IMG/VR virus record: IMGVR_UViG_3300046167_000724
DNA: 64,000 nt
Reading direction: 5' to 3' (one strand)
Source: a virus
Lineage: Duplodnaviria; Caudoviricetes
The stretch's first letter is position 1. Each line of letters starts with the position of its first letter. A program made the position numbers and the translations under genes. The notes under the pieces are model-generated. The model was not told where the DNA came from and did no database searches. It saw only the letters and a program-made list of their open reading frames with translations. This document shows, piece after piece, positions 19,835 through 30,500 of this stretch.

Positions 19835-20299
19835 ATGAATATTAAACGCATTTTCACAAAAATCTACATCAAATCTATATTTGATAACAGGAATGAAACT
19901 ATTAAAGATCATGAACGTGAGATTTCAATATTGACAAGGCGTTTAATACAACTTGAAGATTCAATGCTTCTATTGACACCAGACTTAAGTAAAAGGTATG
20001 TTGTTAATAAGCAAGAAGGTTTGACAGTTATTATTCAATCCGGAATGGTCGTGGTTATTAAAGACAATTTAGCTTATCATGTTCCTTTAGAGAACAAACG
20101 CAAAATGAAAAAGCTTAAAGCATTCTTTGATGAACGTGCACTTGAACGTAGAGAATTAATGGAGTTAGGTATTATCGCAAATGTAAAAAATACGATTAAA
20201 GATATATCAAACGATATTAAATCAAAACTACCGGTTGAACCAGAACCCGAGTACATTACAGTGCTCAAAGAAAAACACAATAAAAACAGTGATATATAA
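19835..20299 (+). CDS. hypothetical protein
   Basis: 154-aa basic, coiled ORF. Confidence 0.6.
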   Translation: MNIKRIFTKIYIKSIFDNRNETIKDHEREISILTRRLIQLEDSMLLLTPDLSKRYVVNKQEGLTVIIQSGMVVVIKDNLAYHVPLENKRKMKKLKAFFDERALERRELMELGIIANVKNTIKDISNDIKSKLPVEPEPEYITVLKEKHNKNSDI

Positions 20300-20309
20300 C
20301 ACTGTTCAA

Positions 20310-20339
20310 TTGAAACATTAATTAAACAAAAAGTATAAC
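20310..20339 (+). promoter_or_regulatory. class II promoter of the Hc1-like gene
   Basis: TTGAAA-N18-TATAAC ending 1 nt before ATG 20341. Confidence 0.55.
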
Positions 20340-20340
20340 A

Positions 20341-20517
20341 ATGGAATTATTTGAACAAATGGTAGCTTTAATTGAAGCTGCAGGCGCAGACGCTGACAAG
20401 TTTTATGACAAAGGAAACAAAGCAGCTGGTGTAAGATTGCGTAAAGCAATGCAAGAGATTAAAAAAGTAGCACAAGAGGTTCGCCTTGACGTTGCTGCAA
20501 AGAATAAAGGAGAGTAA
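20341..20517 (+). CDS. histone H1-like (Hc1 family) nucleoid protein, 58 aa, not in ORF track
   Basis: MELFEQMVALIEAAGADADKFYDKGNKAAGVRLRKAMQEIKKVAQEVRLDV; GNKAAG.R.RK is the Hc1 signature. Confidence 0.8.
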   Translation: MELFEQMVALIEAAGADADKFYDKGNKAAGVRLRKAMQEIKKVAQEVRLDVAAKNKGE

Positions 20518-20528
20518 TCCTTTAAAGC

Positions 20529-20810
20529 GTAGGGGTTCACATCAAGCACGAATCGACACATACCGGAAAGGTTGACGAGTGTGCAATAAAGATTGAACCC
20601 GTATTTGAGTGCCACTTCTACACAATGAAGTGGATTTATAAGAAGGGCTGTCTCGCTCAAACGTATGCGAGACCTTACCGGGTAAAAGACTGATAAAGGC
20701 CAGGATGTCGACCACTGTGATTTAACTCAATCATAGGCCTCAGTTCCCCTACCACATGCCGTGAGGAGTGGTTATAGAATATAGAAGTGTAGTAAGCCCC
20801 TTCTTTTTTA
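20529..20810 (+). ncRNA. unassigned highly structured RNA candidate (~280 nt)
   Basis: No good + strand ORF. Stems GGGTTCA/TGAACCC, CCACTTC/GAAGTGG, GTCTCGC/GCGAGAC, AGGCC/GGCCT, AGAAGGGCT/AGCCCCTTCT, then a T run. Confidence 0.6.
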
Positions 20811-20812
20811 TC

Positions 20813-20842
20813 TTGAAACATTTTTAAATTATTTCGTATAAT
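20813..20842 (+). promoter_or_regulatory. class II promoter
   Basis: TTGAAA-N18-TATAAT. Confidence 0.65.
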
Positions 20843-20854
20843 ACAAAAATAGAT

Positions 20855-21256
20855 TTGTATACAATGAAACAAAAAGTAATTAACGTAACTTATCGCAAGG
20901 ATTCAAAGACGTTTCCAGATTGGTTAAAGTACGAGGTTGAACTTATTAATGAAGACGGTTCAACTTCTAAAATCCCGGCTTACGGTAAAGATCTTCAAGA
21001 CGCTCTTTCTCGAGTTGTTCACGATCAAAAAGTAGAAAAGATTGAAAAGCAAACAAAGCGTATTCCAGATATAGTATGGGTTCTTCTTTGGTTTGGTTAT
21101 ATTTTAGGTTGGACTATGCTAACTTACGAGGTTTCACCTTATGCTAAGTTTAATGGTCTATTTTTTATTGGAGGCATTGCACTAATTACAGGCGTTACTG
21201 TATGGGCAAAGGCTTGGTTTAGAAAACGTAACCGCGATAAAAATGTCAACGCTTGA
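20855..21256 (+). CDS. membrane protein
   Basis: Soluble N-terminal domain (PAYGKDLQDAL) plus two TM helices. Confidence 0.7.
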   Translation: MYTMKQKVINVTYRKDSKTFPDWLKYEVELINEDGSTSKIPAYGKDLQDALSRVVHDQKVEKIEKQTKRIPDIVWVLLWFGYILGWTMLTYEVSPYAKFNGLFFIGGIALITGVTVWAKAWFRKRNRDKNVNA

Positions 21257-21333
21257 TGCTATCCTAGCTATTTCAATAATAGTACCATGGAACCTTTTTC
21301 TAATTTATAGAATGCGTAAAGATAATAAAAAGA

Positions 21334-21717
21334 ATGGAATTAATAACAACACACCCGATAAAGAAAGGTGATTTAGGTTTTCACGGAAACCTTTTTGGTG
21401 GAAAACTACTTGCATGGCTTGACGCTGCTGCAGCCTCTTATGCGATGGAAGTTTGCGATACACCAAGAATGGTTACTGTTAAAATCGATGAATGTATTTT
21501 TAAGAAGCCAGCTAAAGAAGGTCAGCTTATTAAAATTTATGGCACCGCTGGTAAAATAGGTACAACTTCAATTGACCTTTATCTTGAAGCTCGTTCGCAT
21601 AGTGTTTATTCAGGTAAGCAATCAGTTATCTTATCTACTAAAATCACATTTGTTAGAATTGACGAGAACGGAGACCCTATTCCAATCTCAGAGCGGGTTA
21701 AAAATAAATTTAAATAA
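21334..21717 (+). CDS. acyl-CoA thioesterase (hot-dog fold)
   Basis: GNLFGGKLLAWLD.AA, F.KP, FV.ID..G.P motifs. Confidence 0.88.
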   Translation: MELITTHPIKKGDLGFHGNLFGGKLLAWLDAAAASYAMEVCDTPRMVTVKIDECIFKKPAKEGQLIKIYGTAGKIGTTSIDLYLEARSHSVYSGKQSVILSTKITFVRIDENGDPIPISERVKNKFK

Positions 21718-21911
21718 TGATGAGAAGACTATTTAAACTATTAAAGAAATTAGGTCGCCAACATAGAACGCTTTCTAAAATTAATCAAGGACACTTGCGT
21801 ATTACTAGAAAGGGTAAAGTTAAACCTAGAAAAAAGAACATAATGGATCGACCAACACCAAAAGAATTTCGCATTAGGATTTTTAGCGATGATATCACTC
21901 CATGGTTTTAA
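21717..21911 (+). CDS. small basic hypothetical protein
   Basis: 64-aa K/R-rich ORF. Confidence 0.45.
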   Translation: MMRRLFKLLKKLGRQHRTLSKINQGHLRITRKGKVKPRKKNIMDRPTPKEFRIRIFSDDITPWF

Positions 21912-22094
21912 TAGCCACGTTAATTATCATATTAACAGGCTGTAAAGTAATTGAACCGACATATAGAGTTTCAAACGATGTAATGACAATGGAGTACGTT
22001 AATAAAAGAGGGTGATATGATTATAGTTCCATTAGAGACAGATGAATGTATCGGGTATTCTAAACCCTATCATATAATAACTTATAATAAATAA
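21902..22094 (+). CDS. small lipoprotein (probable +1 indel ~22010)
   Basis: MVLIATLIIILTGC lipobox; removing one G restores an open frame to TAA 22092-22094. Confidence 0.45.
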
Positions 22095-22095
22095 T

Positions 22096-22816
22096 ATGAA
22101 GAAGTTAATGTTAGCCGTATCACTTGGGCTTAGTTTAAGTGTAGTAGCTCAAGATAAACCACAAGGTGATGTTAGAGCAACAAAGATCGAATCAACGGGT
22201 AATGAAATTACACCTTCAAACACTCAAAGTAGTACACCCGTAATTACACCGTCTAATCCAGTTAGGAACGAGAATCCTGTTAGAGAGAATAGAGATACGT
22301 ATCAAAATTCAACTTATCGCGATTATGATTATAGAAACAATGTAGATAATGTATACTACGGTCGTTATCAAGAACCAGCAACGCGTAATGAAATGCGTTA
22401 TAGGACAGGGTCAACAATGTTTTACTGAGTTTGAGATTAATACTCGTCCATTTACACTGTTGAATGGATATTATGGTGCTGGTCTAGAGTTAAGTACTTC
22501 TTGTAAAACATCATTCTTATTTGATTTTTCATCAGGTACAAGTACATTATTTGATGTACAGGCAACCTCAGGTTTAGTTGGTCTTAGATTCTACTCTAAA
22601 ACCGGTATGGTAGGTAGATACGTAAGTACAAGAGCTAGATTTAGAAGTTATGAGAACGGGGATTATTTTGGTGGTAACCTATCTTTAATGGCAGGATACA
22701 AAGCTAATTGGGACGGTGTTACTTTAGCTGGTGAATTTGGATTAGGCTATCAAGGTGCTGATGGTGCTTATTTAACTCTACCGACTTGGGCAATAACATT
22801 AGGATATAAGCTATAA
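22096..22816 (+). CDS. outer-membrane beta-barrel-like protein with signal peptide (probable indel ~22420)
   Basis: MKKLMLAVSLGLSLSVVAQ signal peptide, alternating beta-strand pattern, terminal WAITLGYKL. Confidence 0.6.
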
Positions 22817-23731
22817 TGAAAAAGCTATTAACCGTTCTAAGCCTTTGTTTGAGCTTTACATTGTCAGCTTCTCATTTTATGGGAGGTATTATACAAGTAG
22901 CTCAAACAAGCCCTGATTCAGTTTCTATTGGAATGTATATTGTTGGTGATCAGTTTCCAACACTTCCACAATATGTAACTTTAGAAAGATGGGAAATGAA
23001 TTCTCAAGGTTGGTATGACTTAGATGGTTATATTACACTTACTAAGATTAATAATAGTACACACCAGGGATTTAATACAGCGAACTACGGTAGTGATTAC
23101 ATTAATTTAGATTCAAACAAGTACAGGTTTATCTACACAAATTGCTGTTGGCCGGTATTAAATAACTCTACTAATTCTAATACTTCAGAGTTTGTTATCT
23201 CAACAGATTACTGGCACGTTCCAAATAATACTACGCCATTTGCAGAAAATCCACTATGGATTAATGTAGAGAAAAATGAGGTCAATGTAATGAAACCAGT
23301 ATGGGGTATTTTCAACTGCTTTTTTACAAATCCAGACGGTGACTCTGTAGATTTTCACATGACTGAGTTGTACTCATCTTATTCAAATGGAGTCTTTGTC
23401 CCTCAAGTTCAAACTTCAACTAATATACTTGCAAATAATGATTCGATCACATTTGTCGGTACGCATTTAGGTTCTGTTGGTTATGGCTTTCAAATAGACA
23501 AATATAGAAGTGGTTACTTATTGACTACACAGAGAATTCAATGGACCTTTATTGTTCGTAATTCAACATTAGGCATTGAAGAGAATCAAATTGAAAAAGA
23601 AGTTATCGGTATATGGGACTGGCAAGGGTCGCTATATCCAAAAAGATATAAAAGGACTAGAACCTAATAAATTATATTTAATTAGATATAGTGACGGTTC
23701 TTATGATAAAGTCTTTTTAATGAAACAATAA
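22816..23731 (+). CDS. secreted protein with T9SS type A-like C-terminal domain (probable indel ~23626)
   Basis: Signal peptide followed by SHFMGG; corrected C-terminus TLGIEE..IEKEVIGIWDWQGRY...LIRYSDGSYDKVF. Confidence 0.6.
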
Positions 23732-23749
23732 CCATTATTCTTGTATAAC
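23720..23749 (+). promoter_or_regulatory. class II promoter
   Basis: ATGAAA-N18-TATAAC. Confidence 0.5.
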
Positions 23750-23871
23750 TAATAAGATATTATAGATATGAAAGTAGAATGGTATACACAAGTAGGTCAG
23801 TTTTTAATCTTACCTACAATTAAAGTAACGTTTGACAAGGCGTTAAACGGTTACTATGAACTAATCTTAGC

Positions 23872-24138
23872 TTGGGGAAGCTGGGGAATAACTATTATGG
23901 CGTAATGCAACTAACTATAGAAAGACTTAATGGCGAATACCTTGATTGGGCTTTAAAATGGGACCAAGGTAGAAATGAACAAGACTTGCGATTCGGTCAA
24001 TATTTAGATGCGAAGTATAATTTAGAATTTCATATTTCAGACCGTTCAGTTGGTCTATTTTATAATGAAAACGTTGATGAAGTTTATAATAAAATACTTT
24101 ACGTATTGCACCAAAATAATATACAAAATAAATTATGA
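23872..24138 (+). CDS. hypothetical protein
   Basis: ORF with LRFGQY motif; true start probably the internal ATG (MQLTIER). Confidence 0.55.
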   Translation: MGKLGNNYYGVMQLTIERLNGEYLDWALKWDQGRNEQDLRFGQYLDAKYNLEFHISDRSVGLFYNENVDEVYNKILYVLHQNNIQNKL

Positions 24139-24329
24139 AAAAATTATATAGAAATACAAATAAAGGTAAAATAGCCGGTGTGTGTCACGGGTTAGCTTAT
24201 TATTTTAATGTAGATGTTGCACTAATTAGAGCGGCGTTTATATTAACGCTTTTGTGTGGTTGGGGTTCATTGGCTTATATAGCTCTTTGGATTACAATGC
24301 CGGTTCTTAAAACTAAAACAAGAAAATGA
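24135..24329 (+). CDS. PspC-domain protein
   Basis: LYR......IAGVC.GLA.YF.VD..LIR..F...AYIALWI.MP. Confidence 0.88.
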   Translation: MKKLYRNTNKGKIAGVCHGLAYYFNVDVALIRAAFILTLLCGWGSLAYIALWITMPVLKTKTRK

Positions 24330-24791
24330 AAAGAATTTATAACTATTGGTCAGAGTTCTTTATAGACTTCAAGATTTGGAGACGCTATAGAAAAATTGCC
24401 TCGGTCAAATCAAGACTTGCTTACTGAAAACAATATGCGTGTTGATTGGTTAGGTCGTATTTACACTGTTGTTAATATGCCAGAAGAGGTTATCAGCAAT
24501 CAAGAAACAGTTCAACAAGGTTGGGTTATTTCACAGCTTGGACCAATGAATGATGTATTAATGAAGTTAGGTGTAAATGACTATGCTTATCCTGAAATTA
24601 GCATCGTACCAGGTTCAAACTCATATTTAATTGTAATGTACCCAGAGATTGATACATTGAATATTTTTAGAATCTTATTGAATCTAATTGCATTGGGTAT
24701 GATTACAGGTTTAGTGTGGTTAGGTATTGCAACCGTGCAAAGCACTGGTGTTATTAATTGGGTGTCTAACTTAATTAATAAGAATGTCTGA
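24326..24791 (+). CDS. membrane-anchored hypothetical protein (probable indel ~24399)
   Basis: RVDWLGRIYTVVN domain plus C-terminal TM; the upstream ATG joins after a 1-nt correction. Confidence 0.6.
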
Positions 24792-25552
24792 GTATACTTT
24801 AACACGTAAGCCTAAAGACGGTCGACGTTATTATGAAGTCACTGAAAATGCGACAGGTAATGTTGTAGGGTCTATTCCCATCTATTACCACGGTTCTTGG
24901 TGAAACTTCTGATAAGTCAGGTTTAGTAGCTTGGAGAAAGAAAGTAGGTGAAGCTGAAGCGGACCGTATTTCTAAACTATCTATGAATCGCGGTACAATT
25001 ATGCACCGATTGATAGAGCTGTACAAAGCCATAGAAGGCACTCCAGAAGAAGCGCTTGAGAAACTAAAGGTTATTGCATCAGAAGACGCTGAGGTCAATG
25101 AATTCGCCGAGGATGCTTCTGGTGAGCTATGGTTGACCGAAGGGTGGAAAATGTTTATGAAGTTTTGGTACAATCACTCAAGATTCTTTTCAAGAGTTGA
25201 TGAAGTTATTGAAGCTGAGACTTTTTTATGGTCACAGAAAGGTGGTGGTTATGCTGGTACTGTTGATAACATCTCACGACTCAAAGATGGTCGAATATTA
25301 ATCATTGATTATAAAAACTCAAGAAGACCCAAACGTGAAGATTGGATACAAGATTATTTTGTTCAAGGTTCAGCATATTGGGTTGCTTTTTGGGAACGTT
25401 CAGGTATTAAACCAGATGGTGTTGAGATATGGATTGCAAATGAAGTACAGGATATGCCACAAACATTTTCATTAACTAATGACGATGTTAAGTATTATTT
25501 CAGACAATTTCAAGAGCGCCTTGAAACGTTTAAAGAAAAATTCAATATATAA
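24784..25552 (+). CDS. PD-(D/E)xK phage exonuclease (probable indel ~24868)
   Basis: Corrected PSITTVLG..SDKSGL..WR..VG..EA.RIS...NRGT.MH; GTVD...IIDYKNS; YF.Q..AY. Confidence 0.85.
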
Positions 25553-25553
25553 C
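25521..25553 (+). promoter_or_regulatory. class II promoter
   Basis: TTGAAAC...TATATAAC before ATG 25576. Confidence 0.5.
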
Positions 25554-25575
25554 AAGTAATAAAATAAACTATATT

Positions 25576-25864
25576 ATGGATAAATTAAATAAATTTTTAG
25601 CTGACCACGGTGTTAAAATAATCATCGTTTTATTAGCATTAAACTATCTAAAGTCTTGTGGTACTAACTCAGACTGTGGATAAAATCAAGAAAGATTTAA
25701 GAGCAACAGAAGCTGAAATCGATACGTTAGCATCTCAAATTGTTAACGAAGAAGAAATGACTAAACTTATTAAAGAAGTTCCAGCTTGGAAAACTTTAAG
25801 AATTGAAGAGATTTCAGATAAAGAACGCATTTCAATTAATGCCCTTGAAGAAAAAGATAATTAA
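25576..25864 (+). CDS. membrane-anchored coiled-coil protein (probable indel ~25675)
   Basis: TM followed by LKSCG, then a helical domain. Confidence 0.55.
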
Positions 25865-25868
25865 AAAA

Positions 25869-26885
25869 ATGAATAAGAATAAATTAGTAGGTGGTTTTAT
25901 TATCGGTACGTTTGTAATGCTTTACATTCTTGTATCGTTAATTTCAACTATCCACGTAATCGACTTCTTTGAGTTATCAAACCCAAGAGGTATGGCAATT
26001 GCACTAGCAGTTGCGTTTGAACTTGGTGCAGCTGCATCACTTGCATCACTGATTACATTAGATAAAATGAATAAGACTCTTGTATGGGCTTTATTCATCG
26101 CGATTACAGCAATGCAAATGCAGGGTAATATGTACTATGCGTTTAAGAATCTTTCAGATTATGAAACATGGTCACAACTTTTCAATCTAATTGAAGAAGA
26201 ACCGTTATACCAAAAAAGAATTCTAGCATTTGTGTCTGGTGCTATTTTACCATTAATTGCACTTGGATTTATTAAGTCTCTTGTTGATTATATTAAGCCA
26301 GAAGGTGAGATTAAAGAAGAGACTATTGAATCGCCGGGAAAGCTGAATAGCTCAGACGAGGAAGTTATTGAAGACGACTACGACTGGGCTAGTCTAGACG
26401 GTGAATCCGATGAAGATTTAATAAAAGATTTTAATGACATTGAAGGAGAGTTGAGTGAATTAGATGACGAACTAATAAACGAGTACCATGAAAACATGGC
26501 AGCTGATAGGGAGAAATATAATGACTTAAATACACTTGAAGATGAGATTGAAGATTCAGAAGAATGGGATGAAGACCATGCTTTAGATGTAGTAATGAAT
26601 GATATGGTTGAAGATTTAGATCTTGAAGATATTTTAACTGAAGATGAAATTCAAAACTATAAAGAATTAAAACAAGAGTCAAATAAGAATTTTGAAGTTG
26701 CTGTTGAAGCAATAAAACCAAAGCAGCCGATTAAAGATGTTGATGCTGCTTATAAATTTGGTACTAATCTATACAACACAACTATGCAGAAATTAAATTC
26801 AGATCATTTACCAAAGCCTTCAGTTGAACAAATTTCAAAAGCTTATAAAAATTTAGGATTAGTTAAAAACAACGATAAAGAATAA
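25869..26885 (+). CDS. four-TM membrane protein with long acidic tail
   Basis: Four hydrophobic helices, then a D/E-rich region of about 130 aa. Confidence 0.7.
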   Translation: MNKNKLVGGFIIGTFVMLYILVSLISTIHVIDFFELSNPRGMAIALAVAFELGAAASLASLITLDKMNKTLVWALFIAITAMQMQGNMYYAFKNLSDYETWSQLFNLIEEEPLYQKRILAFVSGAILPLIALGFIKSLVDYIKPEGEIKEETIESPGKLNSSDEEVIEDDYDWASLDGESDEDLIKDFNDIEGELSELDDELINEYHENMAADREKYNDLNTLEDEIEDSEEWDEDHALDVVMNDMVEDLDLEDILTEDEIQNYKELKQESNKNFEVAVEAIKPKQPIKDVDAAYKFGTNLYNTTMQKLNSDHLPKPSVEQISKAYKNLGLVKNNDKE

Positions 26886-26889
26886 TACT

Positions 26890-27334
26890 GTGGTATTGAC
26901 TTTTAAAGATTTTTACATTCCTAGTAAACCGTACCTCACAAAGAAATTAGACCATAATACACTTGTTAAGTTATTAGACTCTAGTTCCTTTGTGGTGGAA
27001 CGGTATTTATTTAATAGCAAATCAAGCCGACACTAACGTTGATATTTTTAATGAAGTTACTGTTGGTGATTATAAAATCAAAGCATATGTTAAAGTAAAT
27101 TATGCATACGCAGCACAAGCACGTGCACAAGTCGCAAACTTAAAACCATTTAGAAGATTAATTCATAAGAGACCTTCTTATGATTTGCGCATTAATATCT
27201 ATAATACAGAAGACAAACAGGTTTATCATTTCTCACAAAGATTTACTCGTATTAATAGATTAATCGATATAATAAACATTCAGCACTCCGCGATTAACCA
27301 GTTTTTATCAGATAAAAAACTGAAACAAAAATGA
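26890..27334 (+). CDS. hypothetical protein (probable indel ~26990)
   Basis: GTG start upstream joins track ORF 26990 after a 1-nt correction. Confidence 0.5.
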
Positions 27335-27349
27335 CATTATACATATAAT
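27320..27349 (+). promoter_or_regulatory. class II promoter
   Basis: CTGAAA-N18-TATAAT. Confidence 0.55.
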
Positions 27350-27374
27350 AAGTATAAATTTAAATACTATTATA

Positions 27375-27572
27375 ATGTCTGAACAAACAGAAACACAAGA
27401 ACAACAAGAAATCACTTCTATCTTTGAAGAGGTTGAAACAATGACCGACGGTCATGCAATCAATGTATTAGTTCAAGTTGCAGGGCTAGCACAAGAATCA
27501 GGTAAACTTAACATTAGAGATTCAGTCTTATTGGCTAAAGCGATTTCAATCCTTAGTCCAGGAACTATTTAA
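27375..27572 (+). CDS. small hypothetical protein
   Basis: 65-aa ORF after a promoter. Confidence 0.65.
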   Translation: MSEQTETQEQQEITSIFEEVETMTDGHAINVLVQVAGLAQESGKLNIRDSVLLAKAISILSPGTI

Positions 27573-27583
27573 TATCTTAATAG

Positions 27584-30500
27584 ATGCAAGTAGCTCTTTG
27601 GATAGATACGCCAGCATTAGGCGACACCATCGCCGCAATTCCGACTTTGCGTAAATTGTCAGAAGCTTATGGAAATGAGCCGATTACAGTTTTTACGACA
27701 AAGCCGTTTTTGTTTGAAGGTCACCCATTAGTAAAGCAAGCTTTTAATTCTGATGCTGATAAGTCAGATTATAAAGTGTATCGTTCTTTTTCTCAATTAG
27801 TAGGAAAGCAGTACGATATGCAAAATCAGTCTATTGAATTTAGGCATCCTAATATTGATTTAAGACAATTTCATGCAGTTTCATTAGGATTTACTTTAAC
27901 TAATGAAGAAATGACTACAGACCTTTATATTGAAAATAAGGTGGATGTAGATTTTAAAGATTACGTAATTATACACCCGACGCATACATGGGCCACAAGA
28001 ACGTGGGACCAAGATAAGTGGCAGGATTTAGTGTATAAACTAAATGATTTAAATATACCTGTAATAGCTATAGGTAGAGATTCTTCAGAGGTTGGATTTT
28101 ATAATACACAGAAACCAGTAATGTCAATTGACATACCACTTGGTTTAAGCTTATTAAATAATCAAGAAATAGGGATTGGAGAGCTTAGATGGTTAATGAA
28201 TAATTCTAAGGCTGTAATTACTATGGATTCTGGTATATTACATGTCGCGGGAACTACAGATGCTAATATTATTCAATTAGGTTCTTCTATTAATTATAAA
28301 CTTAGAGCTCCTTGGAGAAACGGATCACAAGATTATAAATACACTTATGTTGGTGGTGGATGTGATCTATTTTGTTCATCTAATATGAAATATAATGTCA
28401 ATGTACATGGGTCTCTTCATGGCGTACCGCCACAAGTAAAATGTTTAGAAAATAAAGAAACATTTGAATGTCATCCTTCAGTTGATCAGGTATTTGATAA
28501 TGTAATAAAATTATGTACACCAAGTACACCGACTAGAAGTTTTATTACACATACAACAGAAAATTATGAAGAAGTTGTATTGAATATGGCCAAAAGTATT
28601 CAAAAGTATTCACAATACCCTTTAGTAGTATACACTATTGATTATGAAGCATCTTCATCTTTAAAACAATATGCTGATTGTAGACGAATTGATTTAAACC
28701 TACCAGTAGCTTCAGGTGAAGATTTTCAATTAAAAGATGGAATATCTTATGTAAATAGAACAACATATAGAACATATGCTACATTATCGTCAAAAATTGA
28801 AGCTATGATTCAAGCTACAAAAGACGGTATTAGTGAATGGGTTTACATGGACGGTGATTGCGTTGCTAATTATAATGTAGACGACCTGTTTAATCATATT
28901 GATGAAATAGAAGATTATCCTTTAGCAACTAAGGGCCCACATCAATATGTAATGATGGTTAAGAATGGTCAATTGATTGGAAATCCATTTATTGACGATA
29001 AGGCAAATGGTTTTGATGCAACAAAATGTTTAGAATGGCCGTTGATGGACTTTTTTGGTATGACACCAGAACAGCGTTCATCAAATTATAGAACTACTAA
29101 TATTTTATTAGCTAATGATAACTGTTTAGAGTTTCTTGAAAAGTGGTGTGAAATTAAAAATACATTACCTTTGATTTGTGACTTACCTAAATATTTACCA
29201 TATCATGAAGAAACTTTATTCAATGTACTTGTATGGCAAAAAACAGATAAGTCTTTACCGATGTCTTATATTAATATTACAGGTGCTGATGTAGTTAAAG
29301 ATTTTTTCACTACTAATGCATCTAATGTTTTGCGTGGCGAGTTTTATAGACTACCTAGTGATAAGCAAGATATTAAAGTATTTCACGGAGAAAAGCGTAC
29401 TGAAGAAATTGAAAAAGCATTTAATATTATAGATGGTTATGTAAAAAGCACTTCACGTAAAAGGTTAGTATTTTTAGCACCACATCTTTCAACGGGTGGT
29501 ATGCCAGAATTTCTATTAAAGCGTGTTGAAGCACTTAATGATTCCGATGAGTTTGAAGTTCATGTTGTAGAGTTTTGTTTATATGCTGATACTTATGTAG
29601 TTCAGCGTGATAAAATTAAAGCTATTTTAGGTGATAGATTCCATGATATTGCACACCTTAGTTCTGTTACACAAGAACAACGAGAATCAAAGCTGCTTAA
29701 TATTATTCAAGAAATCAATCCAGACATTATTCATATTGAGGAATGTCCCGAGGCGTTTGATGGATTCAACAAGATGTCTCCAGAAACTCAGGGTTGGATT
29801 TACAATTCAGAAAGACCTTGGAAGATTGTTGAGACTTGCCACAATATTTGGTTCAATCCAAAAGAGGCAAAGCGATTCTCACCAGATGCTTATGCGCTCG
29901 TTTCTCCCGAACACACAAACGTTACATTTGCTGATGAAACTGCTATTAAACAAGAGATTCATTTTCCTATAATAGAACAGTCAGTCTCACAGTTGCAAAG
30001 GAGAAAATTAAAGGAGTTTTTTGGATTCGACCCTGAAGCCCATCAATATCATTTAGTTAATATCGGTCTCTGGACACCTGGAAAAAATCAGGGAGGAGGC
30101 TATTGAGTGGGCGAGAGCCTTAGAGGCACGAGAGCCTGGGCGCTACCAGTTTCACTTTGTAGGAAACCAAGCGAGTAATTTCGCACATTACTGGGAACCC
30201 TTAATGAAGGACCTTCCAGCAAACTGTCATGTTTGGGGAGAGCGCAACGATGTAGACAAGTTCTATGGCATTGCTGATGCTATTGTCTTTAACTCCACAT
30301 GGGAGTGTAACCCTTTAACTATCAGGCAGTCATTGGGTTGGCCATTGCCTGTAGTAGCTCGTAACCTCCCACAGTATTGGGACCTTTACAGTGGTTTATT
30401 AACTGAGATAACTGGAAGGTTAGAAGAAGACTTGACCGCATTAATAGCAGTCTTAGAGACACAAACAAAACCACAAAAATCATCAATGAAAAAGTTTAAA

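Noticed and set aside
20529-20760. tmRNA or tRNA interpretation of the structured element (GGGG start, ...CCCCTACCA)
   Set aside because: No T-arm (GTTCRA) before ACCA and the acceptor stem does not pair as in tmRNA; RNase P GAGGAAAGTCC and group I P7 motifs are absent.
12743-30100. About 12 frameshifts (near 12743, 12946, 13746, 13931, 22010, 22420, 23626, 24399, 24868, 25675, 26990, 30095) as programmed frameshifting, phase variation or pseudogenes
   Set aside because: Almost all are single extra bases in 2-4 nt runs, with no slippery heptamers or long tracts, and one-base correction restores conserved motifs. Most consistent with long-read indel errors; raw reads would settle it.
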